A DNA stretch of 64,000 bases. It comes from the human T2T-CHM13v2.0 reference genome, Homo sapiens. The notes below the pieces were generated by a model. It ran no database searches and was not told the origin of the DNA. It saw only the letters and a list, made by a program, of their open reading frames with translations. The stretch lies in NCBI RefSeq assembly GCF_009914755.1, contig NC_060930.1. The stretch is one strand, 5' to 3'. Below are positions 15,308-27,623 of this stretch, piece after piece. A program made the position numbers and the translations under genes. Positions within the stretch are counted from its first letter, which is position 1; the number at the start of each line of letters is the position of its first letter.

Positions 15308-18300
15308 AAAATGATGAATAAGAGGCAGGACTAACTTCCAGGTCTCACTCTGATGGACAGAACATTGTGTGAAGACTCACACTGTTAACTTTTGCTCCAA
15401 GAACTACTACTGCAGGAACATACCAGGAAATCTTAAAGAATACATGGACCCTTTGAAAGAAGTGGCTTGCCACTGCAAACTCCATGTGACAGCTAAAAAA
15501 CCGTTAAGTGCCCAAAGTGTGAGAGGGAGAAAGTCTACCTCCAAACACATATTGCCTTTGGAGAACTTGAACATCCAGATAACGGAAGAATAATTTACCT
15601 AGAACTGAAATGAATTCAGAGAGCTGAATACAATATAAAAGAAGAAGCAGCAGTGGGAAGAGTAGACACTTCCAGTTCCCAGGAAAGCTCAGGAAGCCAT
15701 TTCTGACTTTATCTCACAGGAGTCCTTGGGGAGGGCTACCAGTGGAATCGGGGAAGGACCACAGCGAGATAGAAACTTTCACTTGAATGTTGTAACAAAT
15801 TCGACCAAGCACAAATTGTTCTGGGCAGAGTCTGGGAGGAAGCGAATAGGAAGTGCAGACATGAGCACAGAACCTGTGGCAGGTGGGGAGGGTGGGGACT
15901 GAAAGCCCTGCTTGCTTTCTCAGTGGGGAGACATGTAGCCTGGGGCAAGGTCTCAGCCCTTCTCACCAGTTGTCTGTATATAAATTCGATGCTGTTGGTG
16001 GAACATTGTGAGAGTGAGACTGGCCTTGTTGCCTGGATGGGAGCTGGGTGAGACCTGTCACTTCTGATTTTTCCCAAGTTCCCTGGTGATGTGGATGATG
16101 CAGTAGAGGCAGCCATAATCCCCCTGGGAACATAATTCCATTAGCCTAAGAACCACACCCTGAGCCCCCACAGTGGCTACAGAAAGCCCCATTCAAGGAG
16201 AGTCTGAGCTCAGGCACACCTAAACCTGGTTAAACCTGATGGTCTTTCTCTACCTACCCTGGTAGTTGAAGGCAAAAATATAATCTCATGGAAGATCTGC
16301 GGCCCTGCCCATCAGCTGAGAAACCCAAATACTTATCCACGTGATCTTAGAACAAACTTGTATCCCCCCATACTACTGCAGCTGATGCTCTCTTGAAAGT
16401 GCCACCTCCGCACTGGAGGCCAACCAAATCAAGCCATTACAGCAACTGAAAGAAGAACAGTGGTGCTCCAAGAAAAAAAGAAAGCAACAGTGAATTCCAC
16501 CATCTGTAACATGCTATTTAACTAGAGGTTCTGAGTCTGTCCATGTGATAACTTCATTGCTAGCACAACCAGCATTCCATGAAACCGGTGCACTAAACAG
16601 AACTACAATCAAGGACCCTCACAGAGTCCACTTCATTCCCCTGCTACCTCCACCAGAGCATGTTCTTGTATCCACAGCTGAGAGACACGAAGATGGATCA
16701 CATCACAGGACTCTGCAAACACTCCCCAGTACCAGCCCAGAACCTGGTAGCTCTGCTGGGTGACTAGATCCAGAAGAGCAATAAAAATCATGCAATCTGT
16801 CTCTTAGAAAGCGGAGAAAGAGGAGAGCACATTAACGGAGCACCACATCGGACTAAAAAATCTGAACAACAGTGCTTGAGTCCCAGATCTTTCCTCTGAC
16901 ATAGCCTGCTCAAATAAAATAAAACCAGAAAAGCTATTCTGGTAGTATGACAAAACAACGTTCTTAAACACCCTCAAAAGATCACACTAGTTCACCAGCA
17001 ATGGATCCAAACCAAAAAAAAGTCTATAATTTGCCTAGAAAAGAACTCAGAAGGTCAATTATTAACATCCAACATAAAGAAATGTAAAAAGTAATGCAGG
17101 ATATAAATGGAAAAATATACAGAGAAATAGATAATGTAAATAAAGAACAGTAACAACTTCTGGAAATGAAAGACACACTTAGAGAAGGAAATGAAAGACA
17201 CACTTAGAGAAGTACAAAATACACTAGTTTCAGTAGTAGAATCAAACAAGTAGAAGAAAGAACTTCAGAGCTCAATGACCAGGCCTTTGTATTAACACAA
17301 TCCAACAAAGAAAAAGAAAAAAGAATTTAAAAAAATGAACAAAACTTCCAAGAAGTTTGGGGATATGTTGAATGACCAAACCTAAGAATAATTGATGTTC
17401 CCAAGAAAGAAGAGCAATCTAAAAGTTTGAAAAACTTATTTGAGAGAATAAGAGAGGAAAACTTTCCTGGTTTTGCTAGAGATCTAAACATTCAAATACA
17501 AGAAGCTGAAAGAACACTTGGGAAATTCATCACATAAAGATTATCTCCTAGGCACATGGTCATCAGGATATCTAAAGTCAAGATTGAGGCAAGAGTATTA
17601 AGTAACCTGTAAAGGAAAACCTATCAAATTAACAGCAGATTTCTCAGCAGAAATCCTATAAGCTAGAATGAATTAGTCTCCTATCTTAAGCTTCCTTAAA
17701 CAAAACAATTACTAGCTAAGAATTTGCTAACCAAGAAAACTAAGCTTCAAAAATAAAGGAAAGATACAGTCTTTTTCAAACAAATGCTAAGAGAATTTGC
17801 CACTACCAAGTAGGCAATGCAAGAACTGCTAAAAAGAGTTCTAAATCTTGAAACAAAACCTCAAAATACATCAAAATAGAACCACCTTAAAACAAAAGTC
17901 TTACACAGCCTATAAAACAATAGCACAATGGAAGAAAAAGAAACACAAGGTATTCGGGCAACAAATAGTTAAATGAATATAATAGTACCTCACATCTGAA
18001 TACTAACATTGAGTGTAAATGGCCTAAATGCTCCACATAAAAGATACAGAATGGCAGAATGGATAAGCATTCACCAACCAAGTATCTGGTTTCTTTAAGA
18101 GATTCACCTAACACATAAGGACTCACATAAACTTAAGGTATAGGTGTGGAAAAAAAATTCCATGCAAAAGGACACCAAAAAGGAGCAGAAGTAGCTACTC
18201 TCATATCAGACGAAAAGGACTTTAAAACAACAGCAGTTAAAAAAGACAAAGAAGGACATTATATAATGATAAAAGGACTAGTCCTTCAGGGAAATATCAC

Positions 18301-18310
18301 AATCCTAAAT
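15308..18310 (+). mobile_element. L1PB (L1PBa-type 5'UTR) LINE-1: 5'UTR, ORF1, start of ORF2; 3' part lost
   Basis: GAGGCAGGACTA..GGACAGAAC..AACTTTTGCTCCAAGAACTAC 5' motif; ORF2 endonuclease peptide KKDKEGHYIMIKG..NITILN ending at 18310. Confidence 0.88.
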
Positions 18311-20329
18311 AGTTTCAGTAGGATTAATACCAATTCTCCTTTGAATATCTAATAGAATTCAGCTGTTAATTCATCTGTTCCTGGACTTTTTTTGTTGTCT
18401 TTTTTTTTTTTTTTTTTTTACTGATGCAATCTTGCAGCTTGTTATTAGTCTGGTAAGGGTTTGTATTTCTTCCTGGTTTCATCTATGAGTGTTGTATATG
18501 TTCAGAAATTTATCTATGTCCTCCAGATTGTTCAGTTTGGCACATAAAGGTGTTCATAGTAGCTTTAAATGATCTTTGTATTTCTTTGGTATTGGCTGTA
18601 ATATCTTGTTTCATTTCTTATTTTCCTTATTTGGATTTTTTGTTGTTGCTAATCGTTGGTCTATCAATTCTGTTTATCTTTTCAAAGAACCAGCTTTTTC
18701 TTTCAATTATCTTTTGCATTTTTTGGTTTCAATTTCATTTAGTTCTGCTCTTATCTTTGTTATTTTTCTTCTGCTGGGTTTTGGTTTACTTTGTTCTTGT
18801 TTCTGTAGTTCCCTAAAGTGTCACATTAGCTTGTCTCTTTGTGCTCTTTCTGACATTTTGATGTAGGCATTTAATGCTATGAATTATTTCATTTTAGCAC
18901 TGCTTTTGCTGTATCGCAGGGGTTTTGATAAGTTTTGCCACTATTATCATTCATTTCAAAAATTTTTAAATTTTCATCTTGATTACATTGTTCACTCAAA
19001 GATAATTCAAGAGCAGATTACTTAATTTCTAGGTATCTGTATAGATTTGAGTGTTCCTTTTGCGGTTGATTTTCAGTTATATTCCACTGTGGTCTGAGAA
19101 TGTACGTAATATAATTTTGTTTTTTTTAAAATTTAGTGAGACTTGTTTTGTGGCCTATCATATGGTCTATCTTGGATAATGATCCATGTGCTGAGGAGAA
19201 GAATGTATATTCTGCAGTTGTTGGGTAGAATGTTCTGTTAAGTCCATTTATTTTAGGGTATAATTTAAATTCATTGTTTCTTTGTTGACCTTCTATCTTG
19301 CTAATCTGTTTAGTGCTGTCAGTGGAGTATTGAATTCCCTCACTATTATTATGCTGCTGTTTATCTCATTTCTTAGGTCTAGTGGTAAGTAACAGTTATA
19401 TAAATTTGTGTGTTCCATTGTTGGGTGCAAGTATATTTAGGATTATAATAGCTTCCTGTTGGACTAATTTTTTATCATTATATAATATACTTCATACTCT
19501 TTTTTTTACTGTTGCTTTAAAGTCTATTTTGTCTGATACAAGAATAGCTACTCCTGCTTGCTATAGGTTTCCATTTGCATAGAAAAATTATTTGACCCCT
19601 TTACCTCAAGTTTATGTAAGTCCTTGTGTCAGGTGAGTCTCTTGAAGACAGATACTTGGTTGGTGTTTTTTTTTTTTTTTTTAATCTATTCCACCATTCT
19701 CTATCTTTTATGTGGAGCATTTAGACTATTTATATTCAATGTTAGTATTGATATGTAAGGTACTGTTCTTTTCATCTGTTAGTTGTTACCTAAAAACTTT
19801 GTTTTTTTCATCATGTTATTGTTTTACAGGTCCTGTGAGATTTATGCTCTAAGGAGATTCTATTTTGGTGTTTATTGAGGTTTTGTTTCAAGGTTTAGAA
19901 CTCCTTTTGGCATTTCTTATAGTGCTGGTTTGGCAATGGCAAATTCAGTATTTGTTTGTCTGAAAAACCCTTTTTCTCTCTTTCGTTTATGAAGCTTAGT
20001 TTTTCTGGATATCATATTCTTGGCTGAAAATCATTTTGTTTAAGAAAGCTAAAGATAGACCCCTAATCCCTTCTGGCTTGTAAGATTTCTGTTGAGAAAC
20101 CTGCCGGTAATCTGATAGGTTTCTCTTTATAGGTTACCTGATGCTTTTGCCTCACAGCTCTTAAAATTATTTTTTTCATCTTGATTTTATATAACCTGAT
20201 TACTATGTGCCTTTGTGGAGATCTTTTTGCAAAGAATTTCCCAGGAGTTCTTTGAGTTTCTTATGTTTGAATGTCTAGATCTCTAGGAAGGCCCAAGATG
20301 TTTTCCTTAATTATTTCCTCAAATAAGGT
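18311..20329 (-). mobile_element. Second L1PB: ORF1 C-term to ORF2 (sense segment)
   Basis: Antisense L1 sequence (GAATTCAGCTGT, ATTCCACTGTGGTCTGAGA, GGTTACCTGATGCTTTTGCCTC); homologous to 17436-18310 in reverse. Confidence 0.88.
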
Positions 20330-20540
20330 GACTCCATACCTGCCTCACAGCATCTGCTCTCTGGTTTTGCCCCCAAATCCTCTGCCTTTCCCCTGGATGC
20401 TACAGGAAGTGGAGGTAAGGCTGCGGGGTGAGGCTGCCTGTCAGCGTCTGAATGTCTGAGTGTGGGAGACAGCCACTTCCTGAAGAGCCAGGGCAGCGAA
20501 CCCAGGGCAGCTGGGACCAGCACTGGATAATATCCAATGG

Positions 20541-21519
20541 GCCACCATTGGATATTACTTCTACCCACCTGCCTTAGCTACAAATCACCTACTCAGGGAT
20601 ACCGCCCCTATTGGCCTGAAGCCTGAATCACCAGCTCAGTAAATAAAACGCGAGGAAAAATTAAATATATAAAAATTAAATAGATAAAATGAAAACCATG
20701 ACAGGATGAGATGAGCTTCAGGAGATCTCTGCCATTCCAACCCCATATGAGACATTGAACTCACCCACGTACCAAGAACATAACTACTGGTACCAGCATC
20801 TGGAAAAGCCAGTGGAAAAATAATCTATAACCAAGAGACTCATACAGATCTTCACCCCTAAAAGCAACACGAATACAATTAAACTAAATAAACATCAAAG
20901 TTTAATCCTTAAGAATAAAAAAGAAATTAAAAGAACCACAGTCCAATCAAAAATAAATTCAAGAACAATTCGAAGAAATAATGTATCCAAATGAGAAAGA
21001 ATCATAAAAGTAATTCTAGTAGTATGACAAAACAGGGTTCTATAACAACCCCAAATGATCAAACTAGCTCTTCAGCAATGAATTCAAACGAAAAAGAAAT
21101 CTATGAATTGCCAGATAATGAATTAAAAAATTTGATTACTAAGGTACTCAAGGAGATATCAGAGAAAGGTGAAAACCAACTTAAAGAAACTTAAAACAAA
21201 CATGATATAAATAAAAAACTTCCCAGAAAAATAGATATCATAAAGAAAAATCTATCAGAACTTCTGGAAATGAAAAACATGCTTAGGAAAATACAAAGTA
21301 CAGTGGAATGTTTCAACAATAGAGTAGAACAAATAGAATAAAGAATTTCACAGCCAGAAGACAAGGTTTTGAAGTAACCGAATCAGACAGAAACAAACAA
21401 ACAAAAACATTTTAAAAAATGAATAAGTCTACAAGAATTATGGGATTATGTAAAATGGCCAAACCTAAGCATGATTGATGTGCTTGGCTTAGAAGAGAAA
21501 TCTAAGAGTTTAGAAACCT
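20541..21519 (+). mobile_element. Inverted internal segment of second L1PB (late 5'UTR + ORF1 N-term)
   Basis: ORF1 start MRKNHKSNSSSMTKQGS (20991); ends TCTAAGAGTTTAGAAACCT where the minus segment resumes (ACCTTATTTGAGG). Confidence 0.82.
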
Positions 21520-21570
21520 CAAAAGTTCACAGTGTGACTCTCCTCACACTGTTCTGTCCTGCCATCCTGG
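21520..21570 (-). mobile_element. 5' tip of second L1PB
   Basis: Minus strand CCAGGATGGCAGGACAGAACAGTGTGAGGAGAGTCACACTGTGAACTTTTG matches 15352-15394 of the first L1PB. Confidence 0.75.
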
Positions 21571-24189
21571 AAAGAAGAAAAACAAAAACCAAAAAACTGG
21601 TGATAATATTGAGTGATTTTACTCCTCTTTCTTTCATTAGAATACCAGCTATTACTTCATATACATATATTCTAATTTGTGAGGGGTAGTATTGTTGGTA
21701 CAAAATTATGAATGCATTGAAAATGTAATAAACTGAAAAGCTAGAACCAAGTTCTTAATGGCTAATTGCCTAGTCCTCATTATTGCGGTCTCTTTTCCAT
21801 ACAGCCAAAAACAATGACAACACACATTTGAGGATATATTTTCTTACAAGTTCATGGTTTTGAAGGCATTTGTTCCTAACAGTACAGGCACAGAGCAGTA
21901 GGTAATTTGTCAATTAAGATGAGCTAACATAGCATTTTACTCACCAGCTAATAGAAGCCAACATTTTTACTTACTCTACGAGAAGTTTAGTCTTTAATTT
22001 TTAAACCTTTGTGAAACTTGAATTAATTAAATATATTGATGTGCCTACTTATTTTCATAATGATGACTTTTTTATTAGCTATTGTTTTAATTTTCTTCCT
22101 GATAAATTTTAGCAAAGAAAACAACTCGAAACATAGATTTTTTTTTCTAACTCCTGGCATTTTAACAGGCACAATTTGCAAATAAGTTAATTATACACTA
22201 ATTTTTCTAAAAAAGTTTTTTTTATTTTCCTCAATTTTTTTTCAATGAACAAAGCTTCATTTTTCAAAAACAAATAAGAAAGAGAATACAGAGAATAAAA
22301 GGGAAACATTTGAGAGATGATATAAAGTTTAAGTCATACAAAAAAGGTAGAAAAATAAGTAAAGTCTATGCTTACATTAAACAAAAAATAAGTGTTATTT
22401 TGTAAATGATTCAATAATAAACATTAAAATTCAGTTAAAAGCAATGACAAACCAAAACAAATTGTAGCTACTGAAGCATTGTTGTTGTCATTTGAACTGT
22501 GTGCCTAAATGAAAAATTGCTTATTAAAATACTAATCTAATCAATCTAGAATGGTTGGATGTGCTTAACAAGTGATGATTGAGAAATTATGTTTTCAGTG
22601 TACACAGTGAATTGATAATGCGTATTTATTTTATTAAGCAAAATTAGTTGTCAAATGCAAATTTGTAAAGTATCTTACCTCTTCAGTAAGTAAAAAAGAA
22701 GCACAAAACATTTTTATATTTTTAACATGAAGTTTTTTTAAATAGGGCTGCATTGCCTGTTGAGTTATGACTAGCATAACAATAGAAAAAATATTTAAAT
22801 ATTTATATTGCATTCAATCTATAATACCTATAGTCATAAGATTATTTGTTTTAAAATGAGAACTCTTTTATAAAGCTACATAGTTGACAAAATATTTTTA
22901 AATATATTAATTTTATATCATTTTTTACAAAAATATAAAAATGACTAAGTTTCCTACATATAAATACAGAATAGCTCAATTTAGTGTAGCTTTGCTATTC
23001 GTAATACAAAATAAACCATTCATTAAGTATGGATAGATACAGATCAAAGGTTAAATGAAATTAATAAGCATTTTCAATTTAATATCTGGAAAATATAAGT
23101 GAAAATCTTTCAATATTTCATGTATGTCATTTAAATTTACTATACAAATGGTAGAATATTGTCACTTGTAATAACTGAAGTTCATATGTAAAGTATACAA
23201 AATAGATACTGTTTTTTCTTATAATTTAACCTTTAGCGGCTAAAAATTATATATTTTGCTTAAAATAATTTTCTGAATGTTAAATATTAAATAAAAACAT
23301 CAAAAGTTAATGCATTACTGTATACTGGTTGGAAATGAAATTTACCTATTCATGTAAGTATTTTATTTTCGAATTTAAAGAATCTTCTATAAAATAAAAA
23401 CCTAATATTTATCTTCTAAAAATCAATAGAATTGTGCTAAGTACAAAAAAATCTTACCTTTTTATTGCATATAAAATGATTAATAAAATTTAAATAATTC
23501 AGATATTTAAAACTTTAAATTTACTCAAGTTCTATAAGGGGATTGAAATTTCAGATGTTATCTTTATAACTGAAATTATGAAAAATTATCTATAAATATT
23601 GATTAATAGTGACCTGAGCAACATATACTTATTTTATTTTGTCTTGAACCACTTTCTTACCTTTTTATATTTTCCTATCTTATTTTATTGTACTACTGTA
23701 TTTTCCCTGATTATGTTCAATATTTTTCTATTAATTGTCTCTTCTTACTTATTGTCCTAATAGTCTTATTTTTAATCTGTTTGCACAGACTCCTCTGTTA
23801 ATTGAGTCAACTTTTGAATATAGTCTTCATTGTTGTTAACTGATTATTTTATTTTCAAATCATCAACATTTTGTGTAGTGGTGCTATCTTCTCAACTGTC
23901 TCTCAATGCAAATAAGAAAAAGTTGATTGTTTAAAAAGCTTTGCTGTTCCTTGAATATTTTATTCGGAATCATTTATTTTATTTCTAATCTTGTTATTTT
24001 TCTCTGTCTTTCAGGTAGTTTCCAAATAGCTGATGATTCTTGGGGTTTAAAGGTACTAGCACATGACTCCCCTCTTCTTTCTCTGGAATGTATAAATGTC
24101 CTATGAGTATTTTAACATAATGGTTATTCTCTAAGCATTGGTTGCACAGATCTTCACACAGTCATTACGTTATGCTTTATAATTATGCC

Positions 24190-25110
24190 ATTCACATTAC
24201 ATAGACTAATAGGTTTTTGTTGCTGTATCAGTTATGCTGAGAATAGGTTCAAAGCTCCCACTATAATTATAAATTAAAAAATAATCTCATATTTTTTCAA
24301 ATTTCGCTTGATGTATTTTGAGACTATTTCATGATGTATATACAAATGTATAATTGTTATGTATTATTGGTAAATCATTCTTTCAGTCATAATTCACAAA
24401 TTCTTTTTTAAACACAAAAATGATTTTTACTTTGCATGGTAAAATATAGGCACCCCAGACTTCTAATGTTAGTATTAATATCCCATTGATGTTCTTTCAT
24501 CTCACTTTTATACTTAGTATTTTAGCATTTTTTGTATGCATTAATTAGTTATTTGTATTGCCAATCTAAAAAGAATGACTGTCACAAATGATTGCTTGTC
24601 AGCTAAATCTATTAATTAAGATATGTATTATTTTTTACAGTATGATGTTGGACATCAGTTTTCCTTGTAGTTGTGCTCACTTTTGATTTATATATATTTG
24701 AGCACATGTTATCAGATGTAGGGAACTTAGAAGAATTATCCCTTTTCAGTAAACAAAGCATGTTACATTATGATATAATCCCCTATGTCTCAGGCAGCGT
24801 TTTTCTTCTGTTGTCCATATTGGTGTTATAAAGATAGTGATGCTACCTCTCATTTTGTTAATATTTGCTGGTAAAAATTTTTAACACCTATTATCCATCT
24901 ATCTGTGTCCCTCTATTATAAATATGCCTATTATAAATGCTGCATTTTGTAATTTTATTTTATTATCTGGCATGGAAACTTCATTTATAAAATGAGACAG
25001 TTTAGTCCATTTATATGTATCATGATTTCTGAAACAAAACTACCATTTTACTGAGTACAGTTTACTTACTTTGTGTTTATTCATTTAACCTCATGCTTTT
25101 CTTCTTTGGG
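24190..25110 (-). mobile_element. Highly degenerate L1ME-type fragments
   Basis: Antisense ORF2 motifs (CTCCCACTATAATT, TTTAGTCCATTTATAT); boundaries approximate. Confidence 0.5.
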
Positions 25111-25329
25111 TTGACTGAATTATTTTTCTAATTTTTTTTTCTTCCAATAAATTAGAATATATATACATATAGAGAGAATATATATAAAATATATATGTGA
25201 TTATATGTATTCATATATATAATCTTTAACTTAGCATTTACACTAGGTCTTTTAGAACCATAATTAAGCTTTGGGTAAATCTGTATCTTTAGCCTGTTTT
25301 ACCAAAAATAATAATCCAAAAGCCATTGT

Positions 25330-25560
25330 CCTAGAAATTTGCTGGTAATCCATCTATAAAAACTCATATTTTTATGTTACGGCAATAAATAAATACATAA
25401 ACAAATTAATGGCCTGATAAGTAGCATTCCAAATTATGTGGTGTAAATATTTCCACTGCTGCAGATTTTAAGCCACCAATGTTACTTCTCTGAATGCTGA
25501 GTAGAGATGTGAAAAATCGGCTCTCATGAGCAGATATGTTCTAGCTCCTGCCCATCACTA
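25330..25560. mobile_element. MER63 (hAT-Blackjack) fragment
   Basis: GATTTTAAGCCACCAATG..AATCGGCTCTCATGAGC..GCTCCTGCCCATCACTA terminus. Confidence 0.65.
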
Positions 25561-25844
25561 CTTAGAATGCTTAAATTCTCTTTGGTCTTATATGTTAGTT
25601 TTCTTCCGATGTTTTAGTTCTATTTAATTATCTCCTAAAGGTACATTTTTATTATACTTTTAACACATGAAAGTTAAATTCTCTTTAATGTATATTTTAA
25701 TATGATTTTACAATTACAGAAGCATTGGATTGTATAAAATTAGAACATACAAAAATATATAAAGAAATACATCTATAAAAACATGTAGCCTATTATCTAG
25801 AGATAACTTCTGTTAATGCATTGCTGCTTAGTTTTGTATAGCTC

Positions 25845-25889
25845 CACACACATACACACATACACACACACACACACACACAAACACAC
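25845..25889 (+). repeat. (CA)n microsatellite
   Basis: Direct observation. Confidence 0.95.
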
Positions 25890-27101
25890 AATTCCTTCAG
25901 GAAGTTTTTTAGTTGGTGTTTATTAGTAACTTTTCAATTTTTTTCTACTAATTTTTTAATAATATTTTGTCTTTATTGTGGACGTAACTTTTTAAATATC
26001 TTTGTGTATTTACACCTACATATTTCATAGATTCTATCAGTCTGCTTTATCATCTAAAACTCTATAACCTGCAAATCTTACTCAAAAGTAAATGTTTTCC
26101 TACTGTATTTTTTATATTTATTTGTACTCCAACTCACAGCAGCGTTTTCATTGGGAATTCTGTGTAGCTTGGTTTGAGTGTGTTTTTCTCTGTAATAATT
26201 TTTCTTTCTTTCTTCTACACACTCAGAATTTTCACTCCCCGAAATATAATTTTTTAATTTTAGTTTACCTTTCTCTTAGTTCCTATGCCACAGGAGTATT
26301 ATGAATTCAAACACCAAACCTATATTAGAAACATTACACATTGTCAGAGGATTCATTTTGCCATCCAAATCTCAGACACACATATAAAACGTTCCTCTTC
26401 TTCTACCTTGTATAATTGAACAGAATACTTTCTCCAGACTTCACCTGAGACAATATTTCAAGACATTTAGCAATTGCAAAAGTCTCATTTCCAGCTTTCA
26501 AACTATTACATTATTTCCTATCCCTGTTTGTATTTTAAAACAAAAGATAGATGAAATATGAAATAATTAACACATCATAAGCATATTAGAAGTGGTTAAT
26601 ATTCATACACTCTCCCAATACACACAGCAGCCACTTCATTAGCTCATATAGTTAAAGCTATGATTTTTACAGTTTCTTCTTTATTTCCATTGAAGAAAAA
26701 TGGGGCCATACCTAGGGTAATGGAGCGGGGGGAGGGAGGGCGTAACAGGAAATAATAACTTCTCCAGCTTGTCAACCTATTCTCTATTGCAAGAACATCA
26801 AAATTTTATAATTATTTTTGAGATTCCATAGAATATTTTTCATAAACAAGTATTCTCAGCTACTGTATGCTATGGTTTGTTTCCTTCCTATTTTTCTCTG
26901 ATTATTTTAATTAATATGTTCTCTTTGGGCATTTTTTGATCCATGAAGGCCAGGAGCCACTTGCCACCACAAGCTAATATTTGCAATAACAATAGTCATA
27001 CATAGGCCTGACTTCTCACTACCAACAAAAGAATGGAATCATCACTTATGTTGCAAGCCAGCTTGCTTTCGATTATTTAAGCCAAAATTTAATGATATTA
27101 C

Positions 27102-27255
27102 GTGTGTGTGTGTGTGTGTGTATACATGCATATACACATACATACAAACATATATACATATGGGGTATGTGTATATATCTACACACACGTGCATATGTAC
27201 ATACATATATCCATCCATGCATACATATACACAGACACACGTTTGCATGCGTGTG
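27102..27255 (+). repeat. (TG)n plus compound purine-pyrimidine alternating repeat
   Basis: Direct observation; source of several spurious ORFs. Confidence 0.9.
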
Positions 27256-27500
27256 GGTTTCATTTGTGGCAAAATACAAATTGTTCATTCCTGTCTAAAT
27301 TTCACTTTACAAGTACTCAAACAATGATAATTTTCTTGTGTTCCAGAGCTTCCCAATTATTTTAGTCACATGGACATGCTTAGTATTATATTTGTAGCTC
27401 CACTACTTCCTTTAAACACGAATTCTAAGTCTGTAAAGAATCTTTGCTTGCTTCAATTGCTAGGCTTTATTGAATTTATTCCTGTGTTTGTTCACTTTCT

Positions 27501-27623
27501 TGTTTTTAGGGACGAGGTCTCACTATGTTGCCCAGGCTGGTCTCAAACTCCCAGTTTCAAGGGATCCTCCCACCTAAGCCTCTCAAAGTTCTGGGATTAC
27601 TGGCATGAGCCACTGCGCCTGGC
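27501..27623 (-). mobile_element. Alu monomer (FLAM-like)
   Basis: GGTCTCACTATGTTGCCCAGGCTGGTCTCAAACTCC..GAGCCACTGCGCCTGGC; single arm only. Confidence 0.85.

Noticed and set aside
21700-23700. Isolated splice-donor-like motifs (e.g. CTTACCT at ~22674, ~23453)
   Set aside because: No paired acceptor or coding frame; expected by chance in AT-rich DNA
27042-27365. Cys/Val/Tyr/His-rich ORFs
   Set aside because: Translations of a TG/TA/CA microsatellite
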